Shown here: positions 1 to 9,249 of the stretch, one piece after another
Position numbering within the stretch: position 1 is the stretch's first letter
Layout of the letters: every line of letters starts with the position of its first letter
Notes under the pieces: model-generated
Databases searched by the model: none
The model's input: the letters and a program-made list of their open reading frames with translations, nothing else
What the model was told of the DNA's origin: nothing
From: Silanimonas sp.
GTDB taxonomy: Bacteria; Pseudomonadota; Gammaproteobacteria; Xanthomonadales; Xanthomonadaceae
Assembly (NCBI RefSeq): GCF_044377035.1
Contig: NZ_JBILJW010000002.1
Coordinates: 66,380 to 130,379 of the forward strand
Direction of reading: 5' to 3'
Length of the DNA stretch: 64,000 nt
Program-made: the position numbers and the translations under genes

Positions 1-722
1 AGTACATCGGCTACATCGACGTGATGCAGGAGCTGCGCTTCGAGCTCGCCGCCGAATACCTGGTGATGGCCGCGATCCTCGCCGAGATCAAGTCGCGCAT
101 GCTGCTGCCGCGCCCGCCGAGCGAGGAAGGCGTCGAATCGGATCCGCGCGCCGAGCTGGTGCGCCGACTTCAGGAGTACGAGCGCTTCAAGAAGGCCGCC
201 GAGGACATCGACACCCTGCCCCGCCTCGAGCGCGACACGGTGGTGGTGCACGCCGACCCGGGCGAAAAGCAGACCCGCGTCGAACCGCCCTCGGTGGACC
301 TGCGTGAGATGCTGCTGGCCCTGCGCGACGTGATGAAGCGTGCCGAGCTCTTCAGCCACCACGCCATCAAGCGCGAGGCGCTCAGCGTCCGCCAGCGGAT
401 GGGCGAGGTGCTGGGCCGGCTCTCGGCCACCACGTTCACCGAGTTCAGCACCCTGTTCGTCGCCGAGGAAGGCCGGCTGGGCGTGGTGGTGAACTTCCTC
501 GCGATCCTCGAACTGGCCAAGGAGCGCCTGATCGAGATCGTCCAGGAAGACCCGCTCGCCGCCATCTACGTGCGGGCGCTGTCCGAGCGCCTCGACAAGG
601 ACGGCGGACCGGCCAACGGCGACGACGTCAGCTCCGACGACAACGAACCCCGCAGCGACGCGGGCGCGGAAGCGCCCTCGGCCCTGCCCACCGACGGCGA
701 CAGCGGCCTCGAACCGGCCTGA
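1..722 (+). CDS. scpA: Segregation and condensation protein A (ScpA), 5' partial
   Basis: ORF 21..722 stays open to the window edge in the same frame (codons from base 3: YIGYIDVMQEL). The ELAAEYLVMAAILAEIKSRMLLP motif is typical of the ScpA kleisin. scpB follows 11 nt later. Confidence 0.85.
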   Translation, partial: YIGYIDVMQELRFELAAEYLVMAAILAEIKSRMLLPRPPSEEGVESDPRAELVRRLQEYERFKKAAEDIDTLPRLERDTVVVHADPGEKQTRVEPPSVDLREMLLALRDVMKRAELFSHHAIKREALSVRQRMGEVLGRLSATTFTEFSTLFVAEEGRLGVVVNFLAILELAKERLIEIVQEDPLAAIYVRALSERLDKDGGPANGDDVSSDDNEPRSDAGAEAPSALPTDGDSGLEPA

Positions 723-733
723 TCCCGCCACCC

Positions 734-1531
734 ATGACGATCCCGATGAGCACCGAAGACACTCCGGTCGAATTCGAACTGCAGTCGCCGCCCAAAGAGG
801 CGCCGCTGTCGGACAACCGCCTCGTCGAGCGCATCGTCGAGGCCGCCGTGCTGGCTGCGACGCACCCGATGACGGTTGCGCAGCTTTACGCGCTGTTCCC
901 CGAAGACCAGCCCGCGCCGCGCGGCAGCATCGAGCAGGCCATCGAGGCCTTGCAGGCCGCCTGCGCCTCCCGCGGCGTGATGCTGGTCGAAGTGGCCTCG
1001 GGCTTCCGCTTCCAGGTGCAGCGCGACGTGCAGCCCTGGGTCGCGCGCATGTTCGCCGAACGCCCGCAGCGCTACACGCGCGCGACGCTCGAAACGCTGG
1101 CCCTGATCGCCTACCGCCAGCCGATCACCCGCGGCGAGATCGAGGCGATCCGCGGCGTGGCGGTGAACGCCAACATCATCAAGATGCTCGAGGAGCGCGA
1201 GTGGATCCGCGTGGTCGGGCACCGTGACGTGCCGGGCCGTCCGGCCCTGTTCGGCACCACCAAGCTCTTCCTCGACTACTTCAACCTGAAGTCGCTGGAC
1301 GAACTGCCGCCGCTGTCGGAAATCCGCGACCTCGGCGAACTCGAACCGCAGCTGCCCTTCGAGGATCCCCTGCCCGTGCAGGCCCTCGCGGCCGCGATGC
1401 CCGACGCGGCGGAATCCGCGGAATACCCCGCCCCCGTCGCTGATGACGCGGGCGCCATCGATGACGTCGTGACGACGTCCGACCCCACCCCTGACGAGAG
1501 CGACGACGCGGTTTCCGACCGCACGCCTTGA
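734..1531 (+). CDS. scpB: Segregation and condensation protein B (ScpB)
   Basis: 265-aa ORF. IAYRQPITRGEIEAIRGV ... GRPALFGTTKLFLDYF matches the ScpB winged-helix pattern. Sits in the canonical scpA-scpB-rluB order. Confidence 0.85.
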   Translation: MTIPMSTEDTPVEFELQSPPKEAPLSDNRLVERIVEAAVLAATHPMTVAQLYALFPEDQPAPRGSIEQAIEALQAACASRGVMLVEVASGFRFQVQRDVQPWVARMFAERPQRYTRATLETLALIAYRQPITRGEIEAIRGVAVNANIIKMLEEREWIRVVGHRDVPGRPALFGTTKLFLDYFNLKSLDELPPLSEIRDLGELEPQLPFEDPLPVQALAAAMPDAAESAEYPAPVADDAGAIDDVVTTSDPTPDESDDAVSDRTP

Positions 1532-1536
1532 GCCCG

Positions 1537-3201
1537 ATGAGCAAAGACACCCAACGCAAGACCCTCTCGCTGAAGCGCGAGGCCTCCGTGGCCGACCCGG
1601 CCGCCCCCGCCATCGAAGAGCGCCTGCACAAGGTGCTGGCCCAGGCTGGCCTCGGCTCGCGCCGCTCGCTCGAAGAACGCATCTCGCGCGGCGAAGTCCG
1701 CGTCAACGGCGAGGTCGCCGAGCTCGGCCGCATCGTCAAGGGCGGCGACCGCATCGAACTCGACGGCAAGACCTTCATGGCCACCGCGCTCACCGAGCCC
1801 GCGGCCGTGCTGCTCTACAACAAGCCCGAAGGCCAGGTCACGACGCGCGAAGACCCCGAAGGCCGCCCGACGATCTTCGAAGCGCTGCCGCGCCTGAAGG
1901 GCGCCCGCTGGATCGCCGTCGGCCGCCTCGACATCAACACCACCGGCCTGCTGCTGCTCACCACCGACGGCGAGCTGGCCAATGCCCTGATGCACCCCTC
2001 GAGCGAAGTCGAGCGCGAGTACGTCTGCCGCATCCACGGCGAAGTGCCGGAAGCGGTCGTCGAGCGCCTGAAGCGCGGCGTCCAGCTGGACGACGGCCCG
2101 GCCAAGTTCGACGAGATCGAAGCCATCGGCAGCAGTGATTCGCACGCATGGTTCCGCGTGGTCATCAAGGAAGGCCGCAACCGCGAAGTGCGCCGCCTGT
2201 GGGACAGCCAGGGCTTCCAGGTCAGTCGCCTGAAGCGCGTGCGCTACGGCAACGTCGTGCTGCCGCGCGAACTGCTGCGCGGCCACAGCACGGAAATGTC
2301 GGCCGACCAGGTCGAGGCCCTGCGCCGCGAGTTCAAGCTGGAGAACCAGAACGCCGTGCTCACGCTGCAGCCGGTGATCGGCCAGCGCCGCGCCAGCAAG
2401 CAAGCCATCGAAGTCCGTCGCGACCAGCGCGGTCCGTCCTACGTGAACGGCGCGCTGGACCAGGAAGAGCGCGAGCTGCGCCGCTTCGACCACATCCGCG
2501 AGGAGCGCCCGGCCCGGGGCCGCGGCAAGCCCGGCGGCAAGGTGTACGGCAAGAAGGGCGCGAAGGCCTTCGTCGGCCCGATGGGCAGTGATGCCCCGGC
2601 CGAGAGCCGCGGCCCGCGGCCGGCCGGCAAGCCCTTCGGCAAGAAGCCGTTCGGTAAGAAGCAGGACGGCGCCCCGGGCGCCAAGCCTTTCGGCGAGCGC
2701 GCAGCCGGTGCCGGCAAGCCTTGGGGCGACCGCCCAGCCAAGCCGAGCCAGAGCAAGCCCTACGCCGGCAAGCCGCGCGGCCCGAAGGCCGTGGCCGGCG
2801 GCGTGGACAGCGCCTCGGGCGCGTTCCGCAGCTGGTACGTGCCGGAAGGCGTCGAGACCGGTTCGAAGGTGGCCCCGCCGCGCAAGCCGCGCGGTGACCG
2901 TCCGTTCGGCAAGCCGGCCGGCGACGGCGGTTTCGCCCGCGGCCCACGCCCCGAAGGCGGCGGCCCCGGCCGCGGCCCGCGTGGTGAGGGTGGTCCCGCC
3001 CGCGGCCCGCGCGGTGAGGGTGGCCCCGGCCGCGGCCCGCGTGGTCCCGGCGGCGGCGGCCAAGGCGCTCGAGGTCCGGGCGGCGGTGGCCCGCGCGGCC
3101 CGGGTGGTCCCGGCGGCGGCGCACCGCGTGGCGGGCAGCGCAAGCCCGGCCGCGGCGGCCAAGGACCGCGCCTCCCCGAAGGCGCCCCCGACATCGACTG
3201 A
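1537..3201 (+). CDS. rluB: 23S rRNA pseudouridine synthase RluB with long Arg/Gly/Pro-rich C-terminal tail
   Basis: S4 domain (LHKVLAQAGLGSRRSLEERI) and RsuA/RluB core (GRLDINTTGLLLLTTDGELAN, GRNREVRR). ATG at 1537; the track starts at a TTG at 1528 that overlaps the scpB stop. The roughly 250-300-aa tail is low-complexity G/R/P/K. Confidence 0.85.
   Translation: MSKDTQRKTLSLKREASVADPAAPAIEERLHKVLAQAGLGSRRSLEERISRGEVRVNGEVAELGRIVKGGDRIELDGKTFMATALTEPAAVLLYNKPEGQVTTREDPEGRPTIFEALPRLKGARWIAVGRLDINTTGLLLLTTDGELANALMHPSSEVEREYVCRIHGEVPEAVVERLKRGVQLDDGPAKFDEIEAIGSSDSHAWFRVVIKEGRNREVRRLWDSQGFQVSRLKRVRYGNVVLPRELLRGHSTEMSADQVEALRREFKLENQNAVLTLQPVIGQRRASKQAIEVRRDQRGPSYVNGALDQEERELRRFDHIREERPARGRGKPGGKVYGKKGAKAFVGPMGSDAPAESRGPRPAGKPFGKKPFGKKQDGAPGAKPFGERAAGAGKPWGDRPAKPSQSKPYAGKPRGPKAVAGGVDSASGAFRSWYVPEGVETGSKVAPPRKPRGDRPFGKPAGDGGFARGPRPEGGGPGRGPRGEGGPARGPRGEGGPGRGPRGPGGGGQGARGPGGGGPRGPGGPGGGAPRGGQRKPGRGGQGPRLPEGAPDID
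2971..3051 (+). repeat. In-frame 30-nt tandem repeat (about 2.7 units) inside the rluB tail
   Basis: cgcggcccgcgtggtgagggtggtcccgcc / cgcggcccgcgcggtgagggtggccccggc / cgcggcccgcgtggtcccggc, encoding RGPRGEGGP(A/G) units. Confidence 0.6.
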
Positions 3202-3225
3202 ACCCCACCGGCACGCTGACCGACC

Positions 3226-3996
3226 ATGACGACGGCCTCCGACCCCCGCGGCCTCGAGGCCGACGTCCTCGCCCGGGACTGGTTCTACCGGTTCACCCTG
3301 CCCTCGGGCGCGGTGACCGGCAGCGCCCACGCACCCGACATCCTGGCCATCCATGACACGCGTTGGTCGATGGCGGTCGAGGCCCTGCGGCGCGCGTTCC
3401 CCGAGGGCGCGTCGCGGGCGAGTGCGATCGACCTCGCCTGCCACCAGGGCTGGTTCTCGCTGAAGCTTCGCGAGTTCGGCTTCGGCTCCGTGCACGGCAT
3501 CGACGCGCGGCAGCAGCACGTCGAGGACGCGCGGTTGATCGCTGCGGCTACTGGAATGGAGCACGTTGCGTTCTCGCGCGGCGATGTCCATGGACTGTCG
3601 GCGGCGATCGTCGGCACGCACGACCTCGTGCTCTGCTTCGGCCTGCTCTACCACCTCGAGAACCCGGTCGGTGCGCTGCGAGTAGCCCGGGCGCTGTGCA
3701 AGCGCCTGTGCCTGATCGAGACACAGGTGGCCCCCGGCCAGACCGGCGTCGTCGACTACGGCAGCTACCGTTTCGTGAAGCCCATCGAGGGCAGCTTCGT
3801 CATCGTCGACGAGACCGACGAAACGCATGGCCCGGAAGCATCGACGCTGGGCATCAGCCTGATCCCCAGCCTCGAGGCGATGCACTTCATCCTGCGCAAG
3901 GTGGGCTTCTCGAAGGTCGAACTGCTGCCCGTGCCGGAGAACGGCTACGAGCAGCTGAAGTACGGCAAGCGGGTGGTGTTGGCGGCGTGGGTGTAG
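3226..3996 (+). CDS. Class I SAM-dependent methyltransferase (CmoB/DUF1698-like)
   Basis: 256-aa ORF. IDLACHQGWFS (motif I-like) and LVLCFGLLYHLENP are typical of Rossmann-fold methyltransferases. Substrate unknown. Confidence 0.7.
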   Translation: MTTASDPRGLEADVLARDWFYRFTLPSGAVTGSAHAPDILAIHDTRWSMAVEALRRAFPEGASRASAIDLACHQGWFSLKLREFGFGSVHGIDARQQHVEDARLIAAATGMEHVAFSRGDVHGLSAAIVGTHDLVLCFGLLYHLENPVGALRVARALCKRLCLIETQVAPGQTGVVDYGSYRFVKPIEGSFVIVDETDETHGPEASTLGISLIPSLEAMHFILRKVGFSKVELLPVPENGYEQLKYGKRVVLAAWV

Positions 3997-4023
3997 CGCG
4001 GCGCAACGCGCGCCGGGTTAGCG

Positions 4024-4356
4024 TCACTCCAGGCGGACGAGGCTCGCCCGCACCAGCCGCCCAGCGACGGTCCCCGACAGTTCCATCGTGTCGCGGGCCG
4101 TGAATTCGAGCCGCAAAGTGCCGATCGTGGCATCACGCTGCTCCTCCGGCACGAATTGCGGCGTGCCCCACGCGCCCGGGTTCGTCCGGCGCCAGACGGC
4201 GCCTTGCAGCACGTCCGGGGACGACCAACGCTCCTGCAGGAAGAACCAGGTCGGCTGCCCATCCACGAAGATGAAGCCGAGCACCAGCACCTGCCCCCCG
4301 TAGGATTGGATGGCCAACCCCCAGCCGCTGTTCGCTGGCACGTACCAGTTGCCGCT
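4024..4356 (-). repeat. Single copy of the W[YF]xPxxSGxG ... TW[YF][YF]LQ module (esterase C terminus)
   Basis: SGNWYVPANSGWGLAIQSYGGQVLVLGFIFVDGQPTWFFLQ compares with GGYYNPGRSGSGLFVYPAG..WAGLWYTYLQDGTPTWYYLQ in the giants. Confidence 0.55.
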
Positions 4357-5307
4357 GTAGTCGTGGCTGGCGAACCCTTGGGGATCGAGCGACTGGAAGG
4401 CGTCCCGGTAGTAGGCCCAGAAGCGATCGCCCAGCGCCTCCATCAAGCCCGGCACCACATGCCCGACCCCGGGCACTTCGACGTACTCGTGGGCGATACC
4501 GAGCTGGGTGAGGCGCGCGTGGAAGTCCCGGTTGCCCTGCAGCGTGAAATCCTGGGTCCCGATCACTTGTCGGATGCGTGGTGGATGCCGCTCCAGTGAC
4601 GCCACGCTGGCCGCGGCGAGCGTAGACGGGCTCTGCGCCTCGAAGTACGCGGGATCGCCGCCATACACCTCTTCGAGGATGCGCCGGCGCAGTTCGATCG
4701 GTTGCAAGCCCGGCCGGTCCTCGAGCAGATCGCGCTGGAGCGGCCCCGCACCCAGCATCGAGAAGCCGGCGAAAACGCCTTGAAAGCGGAGACCCAAGCG
4801 AGCGGCGCCGTAACCGCCCATGCTGAAACCGTCGAGCAGGCGCCCACGACGCTCGGGAAGCGTCCGGAAGGTGCCGTCCACCACGGGAACCAGCTCGTGG
4901 ACCAGCGCCGATTCCACGGGTTGGAGCCCACTCCGCGCGTCGCACCACATCCCGTAGGGCAAGCCGTTCGGAAACACCACGATGAGGGGGGGAATCCGTC
5001 CCTCGGCGATGGCCTCGTGGAAACGCGACGCCACCGTGGGGATGCCCTCCGTCGGCGTCCCGCTCCCATGCAGCCAGTACACCACCGGGAAACGGCGCCA
5101 CGGTTGCGCCGCGTACGCCGTGGGTAAGTAGACGTGGTAGCTGATCGGACCGCTGGCCACGGCGCTGTCGAATTGCCGGTACTCCACCAGGGGCGAGGCG
5201 ACCGGCGGCGTCACCCAAGCCGGGCGGACTTGCGCCCGGCCGGACTCGGGAAGGAGAAGCCCAGCGGTCAGGGCGAACATCACCACGATCGCAAGGAAGG
5301 GTCGCAT
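4024..5307 (-). CDS. Secreted esterase (esterase D / putative esterase family) with one C-terminal copy of the novel module
   Basis: Start chosen at MRPFLAIVVMFALTAGLLLPESGRA (signal-like; track start is 5370). Core: VVYWLHGSG ... LLDGFSMGGYGA (GxSxG nucleophile elbow). The last ~110 aa resemble the module at the ends of the four giant proteins. Confidence 0.75.
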   Translation of the reverse strand: MRPFLAIVVMFALTAGLLLPESGRAQVRPAWVTPPVASPLVEYRQFDSAVASGPISYHVYLPTAYAAQPWRRFPVVYWLHGSGTPTEGIPTVASRFHEAIAEGRIPPLIVVFPNGLPYGMWCDARSGLQPVESALVHELVPVVDGTFRTLPERRGRLLDGFSMGGYGAARLGLRFQGVFAGFSMLGAGPLQRDLLEDRPGLQPIELRRRILEEVYGGDPAYFEAQSPSTLAAASVASLERHPPRIRQVIGTQDFTLQGNRDFHARLTQLGIAHEYVEVPGVGHVVPGLMEALGDRFWAYYRDAFQSLDPQGFASHDYSGNWYVPANSGWGLAIQSYGGQVLVLGFIFVDGQPTWFFLQERWSSPDVLQGAVWRRTNPGAWGTPQFVPEEQRDATIGTLRLEFTARDTMELSGTVAGRLVRASLVRLE

Positions 5308-5391
5308 CACAGGGCTCCGGAAAGCGATGGCAATCCAGGAGAAACGCGCCGGGGCAAATGGCGTTGACATGCCGCTACGGCAAGGGCCGTC

Positions 5392-6252
5392 CTATGGCCC
5401 CAGGTCGAAGGCATCCGCATCCAGCTGCGCCGGGAAGCGTTCGCGGTGCCCCCGGAGCTGCTCGGCGCTGAAGGTCGCTTCCAGTACGCGGACCTCGGCA
5501 TCCGCTTCGACGAGCGGCTGGCCGAGCGGGTCCAGCGCGGCCGAATCACCGCTGTAGGCGATGCCATTGCCGTCGGTGCCGACGCGGTTCACGCCGATGA
5601 CGGCCGCGAGGTTCTCGATGGCGCGGGCGCGAAGCAGCGTCTTCCACGGGTAGGCGCGCGCGGCGGGCCAGTTGGCGACGAACAATGCAAGGTCGTAATC
5701 GAACGCACCGGGGCGCGTCGCGTCGAAGCGGTTGCGGATGTACACCGGGAAGCGCAGGTCGTAGCAGACCTGCAGGAAGATCCGCCAGCCCCGCCAATCG
5801 ACGAACACGCGCCGGTCGCCGGCCGCATAGCGCTCGTGCTCCTTGGCCATGCGGAACAGGTGGCGCTTGTCGTAGTGCACGAGCGCGCCGTCGGGCGTGG
5901 CGAACAGCAGGCGGTTGTAGACGCCCGGCGCGATGCCTTCCGATTCGGCCTGCGCGCCTTCAATACGCAATTGCACGCTGCCGCAGACGGCGGCGTCGAG
6001 CGCCCTCGCCTGCTCCTTGATCCACGCGACCGTCGGCCCCTGCATGTCTTCGGCGCTGGCGAGCGCTTCGTTGCTGAAGCCGGAGGTGAACGTCTCCGGC
6101 AACACCACGAGATCGGTGCGGCCGGCCAGCGGCGCGATCAAGCCGCCGTAGTAGGCGCGGTTGCCCGCCGGGTCGTGCCAGCGGGTGTCGCCCTGCACGA
6201 GGGCGATGCGGAGGTCGCGGTCGGGGCCGTTCGAGGACGAGGCATCACTCAT
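5392..6252 (-). CDS. Carbon-nitrogen hydrolase, omega-amidase (YafV-like)
   Basis: Nitrilase-superfamily motifs VLPETF (Glu) and CYDLRFP (Cys). Start at ATG 6252 (MSDASSS), 10 nt after the aminotransferase stop. The longer track ORF (to 6387) overlaps the upstream gene. Confidence 0.8.
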   Translation of the reverse strand: MSDASSSNGPDRDLRIALVQGDTRWHDPAGNRAYYGGLIAPLAGRTDLVVLPETFTSGFSNEALASAEDMQGPTVAWIKEQARALDAAVCGSVQLRIEGAQAESEGIAPGVYNRLLFATPDGALVHYDKRHLFRMAKEHERYAAGDRRVFVDWRGWRIFLQVCYDLRFPVYIRNRFDATRPGAFDYDLALFVANWPAARAYPWKTLLRARAIENLAAVIGVNRVGTDGNGIAYSGDSAALDPLGQPLVEADAEVRVLEATFSAEQLRGHRERFPAQLDADAFDLGP

Positions 6253-6262
6253 CGCCGCGGCC

Positions 6263-7414
6263 TCAGAGCTTGGCCAACCGCTCGATGGCGGCATCCAGCG
6301 TGGCCTCGTTCTTGGCGAAGCACAGGCGCGCAAGGCGCTGCCCGGTCGGCGACGTCTCGTAGAACGGCGACAACGGAATCGCAGCAACGCCCTTCTCGAT
6401 GGTCAACCAGCGGCAGAACGCGAGATCGTCGAGATCGCTCACCGCCGAGTAATCCACCAGCTGGAAGTAGCCACCCGGCACCGGCAACGCCTTGAGCTTC
6501 GTCGTGGCGAGCTGAGCAGCGAAGCGGTCGCGCTTGGCCTGGTAGAAGGCGCCGAGTTCCTCGTAGTGCTCGGGGTGCTGCTCGATCATCTCGGCGAAGG
6601 CCCACTGCGCCGGGGCGAAGGTGCAGAAGGTATTGTACTGGTGGACCTTGCGGAATTCGGCGGTCAGCGCGGGCGGCGCGACGCAGTAGCCCACCTTCCA
6701 TCCGGTGCAGTGGTAGGTCTTTCCGAAGCTGCTGATGACGAAGGCGCGCGCGGCCAATTCCGGGTAGCGCAGCACGCTCTCGTGGATACGGCCGTCGAAC
6801 ACGATGTGTTCGTAGACCTCGTCCGACAACAGCAGCACGTGCGGGAAATCGGCGACGAAACGCTTCAGCTCGGCGATGTCGCCCGCGTCGAACATCGCAC
6901 CCGACGGGTTGTGCGGCGTGTTGAACATGAACAGCCGCGTCCTCGGGGTCACGGCGGCGCGCACGGCGGCCCAGTCCACGCCGAAGGTGGCCGGATCCAG
7001 CGGCACGTGCACCGCACGGCCACCGGCGAGGTCGATGGCGGGCTCGTAGCAGTCGTAGCAGGGGTCGAGGACGATGACTTCCTCGCCGGGGCGAACGACG
7101 GCCGCGATCGCGTCGAAGATCGCTTCGCTGGCGCCGGAGGTCACGGTGATCTCCGTTTCCGGGTCCGGGCGATGCCCGTAGCAGCGCAGGGTCTTGTCGG
7201 CGATCGCCTTCCGCAGCGGCGGCACGCCGGCCATGTGCGCGTACTGGTTCTTCCCTTCGGCCATGGCCCGGGCGAGCGCGTCGCGAAGCGGCACCGGCAC
7301 TTCGAAGTCCGGGAAACCCTGACCGAGGTTGACCGCGCCGTGCTCGGCAGCGAGCACGCTCATCACGGTGAAAATGGTGGTGCCGACCTTCGGCAGCTTG
7401 GTGTCGATCCGCAT
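6263..7414 (-). CDS. PLP-dependent aminotransferase (methionine/glutamine transaminase, YbdL-like)
   Basis: KLPKVGTTIFTVMS ... NLGQGFPDF N terminus and the SSFGKTYHCTGWKVGY PLP-lysine motif. ATG 7414 is preferred over the TTG at 7444 because a terminator hairpin lies at 7426..7455. Confidence 0.85.
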   Translation of the reverse strand: MRIDTKLPKVGTTIFTVMSVLAAEHGAVNLGQGFPDFEVPVPLRDALARAMAEGKNQYAHMAGVPPLRKAIADKTLRCYGHRPDPETEITVTSGASEAIFDAIAAVVRPGEEVIVLDPCYDCYEPAIDLAGGRAVHVPLDPATFGVDWAAVRAAVTPRTRLFMFNTPHNPSGAMFDAGDIAELKRFVADFPHVLLLSDEVYEHIVFDGRIHESVLRYPELAARAFVISSFGKTYHCTGWKVGYCVAPPALTAEFRKVHQYNTFCTFAPAQWAFAEMIEQHPEHYEELGAFYQAKRDRFAAQLATTKLKALPVPGGYFQLVDYSAVSDLDDLAFCRWLTIEKGVAAIPLSPFYETSPTGQRLARLCFAKNEATLDAAIERLAKL

Positions 7415-7425
7415 CGCAACGCCTT

Positions 7426-7455
7426 GAAATGAAAGGGCCGGCAATCAGCCGGCCC
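7426..7455 (-). terminator. Rho-independent terminator after the 2030-aa gene
   Basis: Minus strand reads GGGCCGGC-tgatt-GCCGGCCC followed by TTTCATTTC. Confidence 0.55.
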
Positions 7456-7518
7456 GGAATGATAAACGCTCGGCGCCGAGACGACCGGCCCAGGCCGATC
7501 CCTCGGCAAGGGCGATCC

Positions 7519-9249
7519 TCAATTCACCGGGCAACCTTGCAGGCTGCCAAGCGGCGTCACCACATCGCTCGCCGCCCACGTGCCCGGCACGCCCGCCGTG
7601 TAGGTGCCGCTGAGCTGGATGCCTTGCAGCGTCCCGGAAGCGAAGGTGCGGGTGAAGGTTCCGATGCGCGAACGCACCGGATCACCCGTCCGCACGCAGA
7701 GCGGGCATGCACCGGTGTTCTGCTCCAGGTTGAGCGTCTGCGTGGCTGCGCCGATGCCGCTGCGTTCGGCGATGAGGTAACGGGGCACGCCGCGGGCGTC
7801 ATAACCGAACACCGTGTAGAACTCGTAGTTCGGGAACAACTGGACGCTGTAGCCACTGCCCGACCTCGCCGGATCGAACCAGTGCCCGCTCGCGTTAAGC
7901 GTCGCGCCCGCGAACGTCGGACACCCGCCGCCGAAGTTCTCGTAGGCCTCGCTGCCCACTTCCCCGTCCAGGGTGTAGCTGAGGGTGAAGGCACTGGTCG
8001 ATGTCGGCGTGATCGTCGCGTGGCCAATGGCGGTCAGCTGGTTCCTCGTCCCGAACCAGGCACTCCGGTAGACCACGCCACGCCAGATGCCGTTCGCTCC
8101 AGGCGCCGCTTCCTGCAGGTAGTACCAGGTTGGCGTGCCATCCTGCAGATACGTGTACCAGAGACCCGCCCAAGCCGCGCCGGCCGGATACACGAACAGT
8201 CCCGAGCCGCTGCGACCCGGGTTGTAGTAGCCCCCCGGCCGCACGCGCGGGGCGGTTCCGACCACGGTGGCGCGCAAGGAAAGCGCGACGGCGCCCGAAC
8301 CGGGGTTCGCGACCACCGCATACCAGCGGCCGGGCGCCGGGTTGGCGATCACCACCGACTCGTTGCCACCGAAGACGTCCGAGCGGCCTTCCGGCGTCGT
8401 GGACGGCGCGCGAGGCACCAACGGCTGCGCCGCGCTGCTGGCCGCGGCCGGAGCGCGAACGGCCGACAGCGCGATGCCGGCGGCGGACTGCGTGGTGATC
8501 CGGAGTTCGGTCGCACCCGCCGGCACGTCGATGAACGCGTGGTCCAGCGTTTCACCCTGACGCATCCTGAAGGTGCGAGCGACACCATCCTGCAGCGCGA
8601 CAGCCGTCGATTCCGCGGCCGTGCGCTTCACCTCGACGGGCACCACGGCCTGGACCACACCGTCCACGATCATCCGAATGGCCCCCCAACGTCGCTCGGT
8701 CGCCAGCAGGGTCGGGTCGTTCCATTGCAGGCGGACCGGCGTCGACGCCCCGGCAGGTGCATTGCCAGGCGCGGTCGCGACGAGGGAACCATCGCCAACC
8801 GACAGCGGAATTTCGGCGGAAGACACCCCGATCGTCTGCCGCACGCCGGCACGGTTGTGAACCACGACCCAGTAGTCGAGAGGCAGGTTGGCCGTCGGCG
8901 TCAGGGGAACGTCGCAGCGCTCGCCAACGCCACTGCTGGCCGCGCATTCGACCTCCAGCACGGAAGGCTGGCCGTCGCCGTTGCCGTCGATACCGACGTA
9001 TAGGTCGACGTCACCGGCCAAACCCGCGGCCTCGACCACGAGATGCCGTTCCACGGGGGTGGCGGACGCCGCGATGCGACGCATCTGGAACGACGTCCCT
9101 TCGAACGAGCGGTCCCACGGGGACTCCGGCGTCGTATCGAGGTTCGTGACCAGCGACCATCCCGAGGGCGCATGCAAGGCGCTGGCGTTGAACAGGACAT
9201 TGCTCAGCGGACGCAGTCCGATGCCCTGCAGGTCGCGGAACCCGCTGCC
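7519..9249 (-). repeat. Shared C-terminal cassette, copy A (~576 aa; tandem novel module = 7519..8241)
   Basis: Colinear with the C termini of the ORFs ending at 33597, 37718 and 41941. The last 240 aa are 194/240 identical to copy B by hand alignment. Confidence 0.8.

Noticed and set aside
2941-3130. GC-rich short tandem repeats that could be mistaken for a CRISPR-like or VNTR locus.
   Set aside because: The repeats are contiguous without spacers, in frame, and encode the Gly/Arg/Pro tail of rluB.
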